Positions 53,047-63,285 of a DNA stretch of 64,000 nucleotides are shown here, piece by piece. Position numbers and translations under genes: made by a program. Positions within the stretch are counted from its first letter, which is position 1. Every line of letters begins with the position of its first letter. Under the pieces are notes generated by a model. That model was not told where the DNA came from and did no database searches. It was given only the letters and a program-made list of their open reading frames with translations. This DNA is from Mobula hypostoma. Its lineage: Eukaryota. The DNA is taken from the NCBI RefSeq assembly GCF_963921235.1, contig NC_086109.1:10790001-10854000 (forward strand), in the 5' to 3' direction.

Positions 53047-53121
53047 TACAGTACCGGCCAAGAGTCTAGGCACCCTAGCGAAATATATATGGGTGTGCCT
53101 AAGACTTTTGCAGAGTACTGC
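53047..53121. mobile_element. Tc1/mariner-type mini-palindrome (two TIRs back to back)
   Basis: 'tacagtaccggccaagagtctaggcac' is inverted against 'gtgcctaagacttttgcagagtactgca'. Another TIR copy is at ~52877. Confidence 0.6.
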
Positions 53122-53689
53122 AATAAGGTTTTGTGTTGCAGATTATTTGCCCGTGCTGTATGTGGAAGTACACCTCTCTGTATATCAGCCGGGTTACGTT
53201 ACATTGCCGTGATCCCCATGAATTGCTCTGGATGTTCCTAGTAGCACTGTGGAAATGCAAGTCTCTCCAATCGATCTTCCTTCCCATCTTTGTCCATTTG
53301 TATACACAGGGCTCTGAGACTTGAGCTGGTCCCAGAGCTCATGATATTGGCAGTGTTAACTGCATCTTCTTGAGAAGGTTGAAATTCAAGCTGTGGACCA
53401 ATGCACTTAGGATGCCGGCTTTATAACAGCGGAGACTTAACACTTCTGGGAATTTCACTTGATCCATCTGGGCTACATAATCCGACGTAATTTGCATTGT
53501 GCTGCAGAAGCTTCATTCCAGTCTCAAGCCCCAATCGATGTGACCTCTCGGGTTCCACTCTCTGGGGCGAGGAGCCTTTTTAGGAGCATTTCCTAAAGCG
53601 TTAATGGGAAGGTTTCAGAGTAAAGAGGGGAAGGTATAATATGTTTGAGTGTCTCTTTCCTCTGTACATGTCCCAGAAATTCTAGCTGC

Positions 53690-54850
53690 CGTTTCCTCTC
53701 TGGAGTGAAGGATGATGAGAAGAGACTTGATAGAGGTGTCCAAGATGATAAGGGGTATAGATTGAGTGGACAGCCAGAGTCTTTTCCCCAGGACAGAAAT
53801 GGCTAATATGAGAGGGCATAATTTTAAGGTGATTGAGGGAAACTGGGGAGCTGTCAGACATAAGTTTTTTTACACAGAAACTGGTGGGTGTGTGGAACAC
53901 TCAGCAAGAGGAGGTGGTAGAGGCAGATACATTAGAGACATTTGAAGCCATAAGACATAGCAGCAGAATTAGGCCATTTGGCCCATCGAGTCTGCTCTGC
54001 CATTCAATCATGTCTGATCTTTTTTTTTACACTCCTCAGCTCCACTACCGGTCTTTCTTCTCGTAACCTTTAATGCTGTGTCCAATCAAGAACCTGTCAC
54101 TCTCTGCCTTAAATACACCCAACAACCTGGCCTCCACAGCTGCCTGTGGTAATAAATTCCACAAATTCACCAACCTCCAGCTGAAGAAATTTCTCCACAT
54201 CTCTGTTTTAAATGGACACCCCTTTATCCTGAGGCTGTGCCCTCTTGTCCTAGACTCTCCCACCATGGGAAACATCCTTTCCACATCTACTCTGTCTTGG
54301 CCTTTCAACATTCAAAAGTTTTCAATGAGATTCCCCCTCATCCTTCTGAATTCCAGCGAGTACAGACCCAGAGCCATCAAACGTTCCTCATATGATAACC
54401 CTTTCATTCCCAGAATCATCCTTGTGAACCTCCTCTGAAGCCTCTCCAATGCCAGCACATCTTTTCTTAGACGAGGAGCCCAGACTGTTCACAATACTCA
54501 AGGTGAGGCCTCACCAGTGCCTTATAATGCCTCAGCATCTCATCCCTGCTCTTGTATTCTAGACCTCTTGAAATGAATGCTAACCTGCATTTGCCTTCCT
54601 CACGACTGACTTGACCCGCACAAGGACTCCCAAATCCCTTTGCATCTCAGATTTTTGGATTTTCTCCCCATTTAGGAAATTATCTGCACATTTATTTCTT
54701 CTACCTTGGAGAAGCACATGGATGACAGAAAAATGGAGGGTTACGTGGGAGTGAAGGGTTAGATTGATCTTAGAGTAGGTTAAATGTTTGGCACAACATT
54801 GTGGGCTGAACTCTGCAGTACAGTTCTGTGTTTTCTATGTTTCATGTTCT
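53690..54850. mobile_element. Plus-strand CR1 3' end interrupted by a minus-strand CR1 (53948-54705)
   Basis: ORF 54045-54311 reads ERMFPMVGESRTRGHSLRIKG. The outer element resumes 'gcacatggatgacagaaaaatggaggg'. Confidence 0.85.
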
Positions 54851-55636
54851 AAATCGAAACACTTACAGACTGTGTTGCCGTGATTCAAAGAGTCATCCGT
54901 AATGGAGGGAGGAAGGAACTTGTTCCTTTGCAAGCATCTTTCACGGTAGCTCATAGCTCACGTGCACATAGCTGCACACTGCAATATATAGAAATTAGGC
55001 ACAATTTAAGCTTAATTTACTTTCTCAAAGTTCTAAGTAAATTGATTATCGAGGTATCCATATATCACCATATACAACCCAGAGACTCATTTTCTGCGGA
55101 CATACTTTAGTAAATCCACTAACCATTGTGCAAAAGGCAACAAGCTATGCAAATACAAAAAGAAAGAAAGCAATAAATAATAATATATAAATAAGGAATA
55201 AATATCGAGAGCATGAGATGAAGAGTCCCTGAAAGTGAGTCCATAGGTTGTCGGAACATTTTAATGATGGGGCAAGTGAAGTTATCCCCTCTGGTTCAAG
55301 AACCTGATGTTGAGGGGAAATAGCTGTCCCTGAACTTGGTGTTGTGAATCTGAGGCTCCTGTACCTTCTTCCTGATGAGAGCAATGAGATGTCCTAAGTG
55401 GTAGAATGAGGGCTGCTGGTTTCTTCCCTGCCACAGCTCAATGGTGGGGAGGGCTTTACCCATGATAGACTGGGCAGTAGCCAGTACTTTTTGTCGGATT
55501 TTTCATTTAAAGGCATTGGTGTTTCCCCACCGGGCTTTAATGGAGCCAGTCAACATACTCTCCACCACACATCTTGAGAAGTTTGTTAAAGTTTTAGATG
55601 TCATGCAGAATCTTCGCAAACTCCAAAGGAAGTAGG

Positions 55637-56781
55637 AGAACACTCAATAGACAGTAGGTGCAGGAGTAGGCCATTCGGCCCTTTGAGCCAGCACCACCAT
55701 TCACTGCGATCATGGCTGATCATCCATAATCAGTATCCAGTTCCTGCCTTATCCCCATAACCTTTGATTCCGCTATCTTTAAGAGCTCTATCCATCTCTT
55801 TCTTGAAAGCATCCAGAGACTTGGCCTCCACAGCCTTCTGGGGCAGAGCATTCCATATATCCACCACTCTCTGGGTGAAAAAGTTTTTCCTCAATTCCGT
55901 TCTAAATGGCCTACCCCTTATTCTTAAACTGTGGCCTCTGGTTCTGGACTCACCCATCAGCGGGAACATGCTTCCTGCCTCTAGCATGTCCAATCCCTTA
56001 ATAATCTTATATGTTTCAATAAGATCCCCTCTCAGCCTTCTAAATTCCAGAGTATACAAGCCCAGTTGCACCAATCTTTCGACACATGACAGTCCCGCCA
56101 CCCTGGGAATTAACCTTGTGAACCTACGCTGCACTCCCTCAATAGCAAGAATGTCCTTCCTCAAATTTGGAGACCAAAACTGCACACAGTACTCCAGGTG
56201 TGGTCTCACCAGGGCCCTGTACAGCTGCAGAAGGACCTCTTTGCTCTTATACTCAATTCCCCTTGTTATGAAGGCCAGCATGCCATTAGCTTTCTTCACA
56301 GCCTGCTGTACTTGCATGCTTGCTTTCAGTGACTGATGTACAAGAACAGCTAGATCTCGTTGTACTTCCCCTTTTCCTAACTTGATTCCATTTAGATAAT
56401 AATCTGCCTTCCTGTTCTTACCACCAAAGTGGATAACCTCACATTTATCCACATTAAACTGCATCTGCCATGCATCTGCCCACTCACCCAGCCTGTCCAA
56501 GTCACCCTGCATTCTCATAACATCCTCCTCACATTTCACACTGCCACCCAGCTTTGTGTCATAGGCAAATTTGCTAATGTTACTTTTAATTCCCTCATCT
56601 AAATCATTAATGTATATTGTAAACAGCTGCGGTCCCAACACTGAACCCTGCGGTACCCCACTTGTCACCGCCTACCATTCCGAAAGGGAGCCGTTAATCG
56701 CTACTCTTTGTTTTCTGTCAGCCAGCCAATTTTCAATCCATGTCTACTCTGCCCCCAATACCATGTGCCCTAATTTTGCCC
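55637..56781 (-). mobile_element. Young 5'-truncated CR1 LINE, open RT C-terminal half
   Basis: The 312-aa ORF 55730-56668 reads SGVPQGSVLGPQLFTIYINDL..KFAYDTK..LYRALVRPHLEYCVQFWSP. It is flanked by minus-strand Rex1 fragments (~55025-55636 and 56782-57078). Confidence 0.95.
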
Positions 56782-57122
56782 ATGTTCCCAGTGGTGGGAA
56801 GGCTAATGCCTACGATGGAGCGGATTGGGTCTACAACCTCTTCTGATGCTACTGTACACATTGGAGACTCTGTACTGGTGATGCAACCAGTCAGAAGGCT
56901 CTCCATGGTACACCTGTAGAAATTCATTGGAGTCTTTGAAGACACACCAATCTCCTCAAACTCCTAATGCAGAAAGACTGCCTTCCTCGTGATCGCATCA
57001 ACGTGCTGGGCCCAGGACAGATGTTCTGAGACGCTGACACTCAGGAACTTGAAGCTTCCCTTCCCACTGCTGACCCCTAAAGGGAAGTTAAAACAAACTG
57101 TAAACTTGCGTGCTTGCAGCTG

Positions 57123-57420
57123 ATCTTTTCAGCTGGAGACTGCACTCGTCCAGCCGGTCATATGAACAATATCTTTTCAGCTGGGGACTGCACTCGTCCA
57201 GCCGGTCATATAAACAATATCTTTTCAGCTGGGGACTGCACTCGTCCAGCTGGTCATATGAACAATATCTTTTCAGCTGGGGACTGTCCTCGTCCAGCCG
57301 GTCGTCTGAATGATATCTTTTCAGCTGGGAACGGCACTCATCCAGCCCGTCATATTAAAGATGCGTTCTCAGATGGGATCTGCACTCTTCCAGCCAGTCA
57401 TACAAACGAAATTTTTTCTG
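57123..57420. repeat. 48-bp tandem repeat, about 6 copies, no indels
   Basis: 'atcttttcag' starts at 57123, 57171, 57219, 57267 and 57315, with diverged equivalents at 57363 and 57411. Confidence 0.97.
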
Positions 57421-57440
57421 TAAACCTCTCAAGTGCAACT
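57355..57440 (-). CDS. Probable terminal coding exon of an unidentified gene: (E)LHLRGLQKKFRLYDWLEECRSHLRTHL*
   Basis: Minus-strand acceptor is 'caccatttctatttag|'. Phase 1 matches the upstream exon. The stop is TAA at 57355-57357. The peptide has globular-protein-like composition. Confidence 0.6.
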
Positions 57441-58041
57441 CTAAATAGAAATGGTGCAATTTACAGTCTTTGAGAATGACTGGCCTGCATTACTGAAAAT
57501 AAACTACTTCTACATTTTTAGCCAAGGAAATTATACGTTTGTGGTTTCTTTGTATGAAACATGGAGAAAAAAAAACTCCACCAAAGGAAGCAGATAAAAT
57601 AAGCTCTGATGAAGGGTCTCAACCTGAAATGTTGACTGTTTATTGATTCTATAGATGCTGCCCGACCTCCTGAGTTGCTCCAGCATTTTGTGTGTGCTGC
57701 TACAAAATAGCAGACTGAGTCAGTCACTGAATTCTAACGGAAGAGAGGATGCATCATTGAGTGAACAAGGTCCCTCTCCCATTACCCAGTCTGATTCCAT
57801 AAGACCATTAGACACAGGAGCTGAACTAGGCCACCCAGCCCACACAGTCCATCATTTCATCATGGCTGACTTATTATCCCACTCACCTCCATTCTCCCGC
57901 CTTCTCCACATCACCTTTGATGGCCTCACTGACCAAGAACCTACCAACCTTCACAAAGTACTCTGCAGATGCCGGGGTCAAAGCAACGCTCACAACACGC
58001 TGGAGGAACTCAGCAGGTCGGACAGCATCAGTGGAAACGAT

Positions 58042-58079
58042 CAGTCAACGTTTCGGGCCGGAACCCTTCATCAGGACTG
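58042..58079 (-). ncRNA. Minimal type I hammerhead ribozyme motif (best-preserved copy)
   Basis: The minus strand reads CAGTC CTGATGA AGGGTTCCGGCCC GAAAC GTT GACTG. Helix I is CAGTC/GACTG, the CUGAUGA and GAAA cores are intact, helix II is GGG/CCC, the triplet is GUU, and the helix III region is the palindrome AACGTT. Confidence 0.75.
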
Positions 58080-58760
58080 TAGAGGGAAGGGGCAGAGGCC
58101 CTATAAAGAAGGTGGGAGAAGGATGGGAAGGAGAAGGCTGGTAGGTTCCAGGTGAAAAACCAGTAAGGGGAAAGATAAAGGGGTGAGGGAGGGGAAGCAG
58201 GGAGGTGATAGGCAGGAAAGGTGAAGAAGGAATATTCCTTTATCTTTCCCCTTACTGGTTTTTCACCTGGAACCTACCAGCCTTCTCCTTCCCACCCTCC
58301 CCCCACCTTCTTTATAGGGCCTCTGCCCCTTCCCAGCACTGAACCCTGTGGTACCCCACTGGTCACTGCCTGCCATTCCGAAAGGGAGCCGCTAATCGCT
58401 ACTCTTTGTTTTCTGTCAGCCAGCCAATTTTCAATCCGTCAGTACTCTGCCCCCAATACCATGCACCCTAATTTTGCCCACTAATCTCCTATGTGGGACT
58501 TTATCAAAGGCTTTCTGAAAGTCCTTCTTGTGAGTGATGTTATATGCCTGTGATACTGTTGCAAGTACATTTCTCTTTGTAGCTATGCACAGGTACTTGC
58601 CTATGACAATAAACTTCCTTAGATAAGGATGCCAACACTAGAGCAGGTGCAATGCCACCAGGGCTCCACATAATTGCGCTAAGACTTCCTTATTCCTGTA
58701 TTCAAATCATCCTCTAATATAGGATAATGCACAATTTGCCATTCTAATTGCTGTTTGCAC

Positions 58761-58865
58761 CTGTATGTTGGCCTTCGGTGATAACAGACCCCAGCAGCAG
58801 AGCGGGACTTCTACCCAGCAGCTTCCGGGTGAGTGGCACGATTGCGTCCACTGACAAGCTTACAC
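58761..58865 (-). CDS. Probable penultimate coding exon (105 nt, phase 1-1): VSLSVDAIVPLTRKLLGRSPALLLGSVITEGQHT
   Basis: Acceptor is 'gtctgtctactag|' and donor 'CAG|gtgcaa'. Only one of three frames is open, and it splices in frame (G+AG = Glu) to 57440. The sequence is a non-repeat island. Confidence 0.6.
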
Positions 58866-59029
58866 CTAGTAGACAGACATACTTTTCATAATGCCCAGTG
58901 CTTTCAGTGTCAAATTCTGTTTTCTGGATGTCCACACTGGGATTTGAATCCCACAGTCTTCCGACTTGGGTAAGAATGCTACTCGCGTCACTACTATTCA
59001 GAGATGTGTATATTTGCTTGCTGTCTTCC

Positions 59030-59590
59030 AGTCCCTCTTCCTCTTTCCCTCTCTTTCTCTTTCCTTCTCTCCTCATCCCTCATCCTCTCTCCTTTCCTTC
59101 CCTCTCTCCCTATCCTCCTCTCCTTCTCCCACTCTCCCTCTCCACCTCTCCCTCTTCCTCTCCTTCCCCCTCTCCTTTTCTCCCTCTCGCACTCTCTCTC
59201 TCCCTCTCCACTTCTCCCTCTCTCGTTCTCCCTTTCACCCTCATCCTCTCCCCCTCGCTCCCCGCTCCTCCTCTCCATCTCTCGCCCTCTCCCTCTCTCA
59301 GCCTCTCCCTCTCTCCTTCTCCCTTTCGCAGTCCCTCTCACTTCCCCTCCCCTCTCCCCTTCTCCACTCCCCTCCCCTCCCCTCCCCTTCCCCCTCTCCC
59401 TCTCCCCTTCTCCCTCTCTCCCTCTCCCCTTTCCCCTCACCCCCTTTCTCTTCCCCCCTCTTTCTTTCTCTCTCTATCTCTCTTTTTCTCTCCCTCTCTC
59501 TCGGTGTTTCTCTGTGTCTTCCTCTCTCCCTCCCTCATTTGCATAGGCTTTCATTTTTTGTTTTCATGGTGTGTGTGTGTGTGTGTGTTA
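59030..59590. repeat. CT-rich low-complexity tract followed by (TG)n
   Basis: About 500 bp of almost only C/T. It is the source of the S/P/L-rich pseudo-ORFs. Confidence 0.95.
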
Positions 59591-59601
59591 TAGACTTGTT
59601 T

Positions 59602-60300
59602 TAGATAGATATACTTTATTGATCCCGAGGGAAATTGGGTTTCGTTACAGCCGCACCAACCAAGAATAGAGCATAAATATAGCAATACAAAAACCACAAA
59701 CAATCAAACAACAATATGCAAACTATGCCAGATGGAAATAAGTCCAGGACCAGTCTATTGGCTCAGGGTGTCTGACCCTCCACGGGAGGAGCTGCAAAGT
59801 TCGATGGCCACAGGCAGGAACAACCTCCCATGATGCCCAGTGTTGTATCTCGGTGGAATATGGCCAGAGTCCAACAGCAAAAAATTCAATATTCGGTCTA
59901 CAAACACGTTCCTCGATCGTAATATGACCCAGATTGCACCATCCGTTGTTAACCAGAACAGCAAGCACCCAACTCCTTTACGCTTACCGCTCTCAGTGCA
60001 CTTCCGGTCAGCCCGAACGGTCTGGAAACCGTCCATGGAAAAGTTTTGATCGGGTAGGTCCTCATGCAGCCCTGTTTCAGTAAAACACATAACACTGCAC
60101 TCCCGAAGTGTTCTCTGACGCCTGGCTAGCGCCATGAACTCGTCCATTTTATTACCCACTGAACTCCTCTTCTCCATAAGTCTCTGTTGTCTCTACCCAG
60201 TCCTCTTTCCTCGCCTTTGTGATCCCCCTCTGCATCCTCTCTGTGTTTTCCTCCAGATTTCAGCCGGGGTGTCCGCCGCTCTGCTCGCTAAACCAGCCAG
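59602..60300 (-). mobile_element. Internally deleted Rex1/Babar-type LINE (5' region + endonuclease start fused to extreme 3' end)
   Basis: ORF 59755-60177 has SVGNKMDEF..ECSVMCFTETGL..GFQTVRADR..ESGKRKG (APE start), joined directly to PPRYNT..RLFLPVAIELC (C-terminus). Tail is (TATC)n. Confidence 0.85.
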
Positions 60301-61841
60301 CATAAGCTCAAGTACTCTATAACTCCAGCTCTCAGTATTATATAGATATATCTAGTGCGTGTTTGTATATATTTGCAAAATTTATCTTCCTTTGCACATC
60401 AGTTGTTTGTCAGTCTCTATTTATAGGTTTTCATAAATTCTGTTATATTTCTTTATTTTCTTGTAAATGCCTGGAAGAGAAAGTTAATCACAGAGTCATA
60501 CACGGTGACATATACTTTCATGGTGAGTTTACATTGACTTGATAATAAATGTCAAAGTTTATCTAACTTTGACTCTTATTATTGTCACGTACTGAGATTA
60601 CAGTGAAAGACTTCTCTCGTGTGCCATTCAAATAGGTCAAGCTCAGTCAATTATTTCACAAATCATAGTTTCTAGATACATTCCAAGTACTTTTTTAAAC
60701 ATAATGAGGCTTAAGACTTCTCCAAAGCCAAAGTTTTTCTTTAGATCTTCATGATGTAAATATGCCATCCTTGATAACACCTTATAGAACTCCTCTACAC
60801 CTTTTCCCATGAAACTATGTTTTCCTGCAGTGTGGTGACCACAACTGGACGCGGTGGTAAAGCTGTGGGCTAGTGTTGGATGCAGTTGAAATGTGTGCTC
60901 CCTGCTCTTACATGCTGTGCCTAAGCTGATAAAGGAAAGCATTCCATTTATCATTTTAATACATCGTGCTTCCCTCTGTTAAATACTTCTCAACATCCAT
61001 CCAGTTGTTCACTCTTTCTTCCCCTTCATTGATATTGGTTTCTTGTTGTCACATGCGCCGAGATAGAGTGAAAAGTTTTTGCCAACGTGTCATTCAGACG
61101 ATCAGCAAATTTGCGGTAGTCATCATCATTATGTACCTTCTCTTATGACATCATCATTGTGCGCCATGTAGTATGATCTGGGCAATCAGGTTCTATCCAT
61201 GACCATGATTGTCCTTGGCAAATTTTTCTACAGAAGTAGTTTACCCCACCCATTATCAATACTCTTCAGAGATTGTCCGCCTGGCGTCAGTGGTCACGGA
61301 ATCAGAACTTGTGATGCGCAAGCAAGAAATTTCGATGGGGGGGAGGCCAGTTTCCATGATGGAAATTGTTCAGATGCTGAAAATCTTGAGCAGCAAACAC
61401 AAAATGCTGAAGGAATTCTGTCTCCTGAAGGAGGGTCTCGGCCCAAAACGTCGACTGTTTATTCATTTTCATAGAGTTCCTCCAGCATTTTGTGTCTGTC
61501 ATTACCTTATTGTTTATTTTCACTTCATTTATTTTTGTAATTTATAGTAATTTTATGTATGTGCACTGTACCTCTGCCACAAAACAGATTACACGTAATA
61601 TACAGTAAGTCTGTGATAATAATTCTGATTCTGTGGTATGTGCCGGAAATGTTCACTGGGTCAGGCAGGCGCTGTGGGGAGAGAAACAGAATTCTCATTT
61701 CAGGCTGATGGCCTTTTGTCAAAAGTGAAGCATGGCTGGGGGAGTTGCTGCCTCACGGCCCTAACCACCTGGATTCAGTTCTGATCTCCGGTGCTGTTGG
61801 CATTGAGTTTGCACGTTCTCTCTGTGACCCTTGTGTGTTTC

Positions 61842-62181
61842 ATAGAACATAGAATAGTACAGCACAGTACAGGCTCTTCGGCCCACAATGTTGTGCTGAC
61901 CCTTAAACCCTGCCTCCCATATAACCCCCCCACCTTAAATTCCTCCATATACCTGTCTAGTGGTCTCTTAAATTTCACTAGTGTATCTGCCCCCACCACT
62001 GACTCAGGCAGTGCATTCCACGAGCCAACCACTCTCTGAGTAAAAAACCTTCCTCTAATATCCCCCTTGAACTTTCCACCCCTTACCTCAAAGCCATGTC
62101 CTCTTGTATTGAGCAGTGGTGCCCTGGGGAAGAGGCACTGGCTGTCCACTCTATCTATTCCTCTTAATATTTTGTATACCT
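61842..62181 (-). mobile_element. CR1 3' fragment inserted into a V-SINE
   Basis: ORF 61775-62191 reads EVYKILRGIDRVDSQCLFP..TRGHGFEVRGGKF. The SINE core resumes at 62182. Confidence 0.9.
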
Positions 62182-62977
62182 CGGGTTTCACCCGAGTCCT
62201 TCGCTTTCATCCCGGATCCCAAAGACGGGCAAGCTGGCGGAATAATTGTCCATTTTAACTTACCCCAGTGTGCAAGTGAGTGGTGCAATTAGAATCAGAT
62301 TCAGGTTTATTATCACTTACATATGTTTTGCAAGAGCAGTACAGTGCAAGGCTGTAAAACATTACTATAAATCACAATCAATAAATGGTTCAAAAGAGGA
62401 ATAATGAAGGAGTGATCATGATTTCATTGACCATTCAGAAATATGATGGAAGATGTGCTTCTGAAACATTGAGTGTGGGTCTCCAGGCTCCTGTATTTTC
62501 CCTTCCTGTACTTGCAGAGGTACAGGTACAGTGAAAAAGTTGTTTGCATCATCATAACAATCAGAATTCAGAATTAGAATCAGATTTATTATCACGGACA
62601 TTTGTCATGAAATTTGTTGTTTTGTGGCAGCAATACAGTGCAAGGCACGAAAATATTATAAATCACGTACATATATATGTTGTGTATTTAATATTTCAGT
62701 AACATTTGAGTAATCTTATCAGTACCTTAAGTAATCTTTGAGTAGTCAAAGAAAATTTAAAATAATTATATATAAATATATATAATTTGATTGAATTTTC
62801 TTTGTTTATATAATTCATTTTGGTTATAGGTAAGTATACATGAATTGCATACATCATCACATTACCACATGATATGTGCGTGGCTCACTTAAAGTAAACT
62901 CGAAGTTAGACTCACATTTCGGACTCCCTCGTCTTCCATTGAACTTGATTAATGTTTTGAAGTTACAAAACATAACA

Positions 62978-63285
62978 GATAGATAGGTAGGTAGATAGAT
63001 GGATGGGTGGATAGATTGATAGATGGATTGATAGATTGATAGGTAGGCAGATGGATAGACATATAGATGGATAGATAGGCAGGTAGATAATAGATGGATA
63101 GATAGACAGATAGATGGGTAGATAGGCAGGTAGATAGACAAATAGATGGATAGATAAATGGATAGACAGGCAGATAGATGAATAAATATATGGATAGATA
63201 GCCAGATAGATAGATATTGTAGGTTGTTGGATAGATGAATAAACAAAGACAGATAGATAAAACTGATTAAATAAATAGATACAAT
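62978..63285. repeat. Degenerate (GATA/GATG)n microsatellite
   Basis: Visible tagatagatgga-type repeats. It is the source of ORF 62857-63627. Confidence 0.95.

Noticed and set aside
57123..57420. CRISPR-like regular repeat
   Set aside because: Whole 48-bp units are repeated with no unique spacers, there are no cas genes, and the context is vertebrate.
58898..59604. Long S/P/L-rich ORFs
   Set aside because: CT low-complexity tract.
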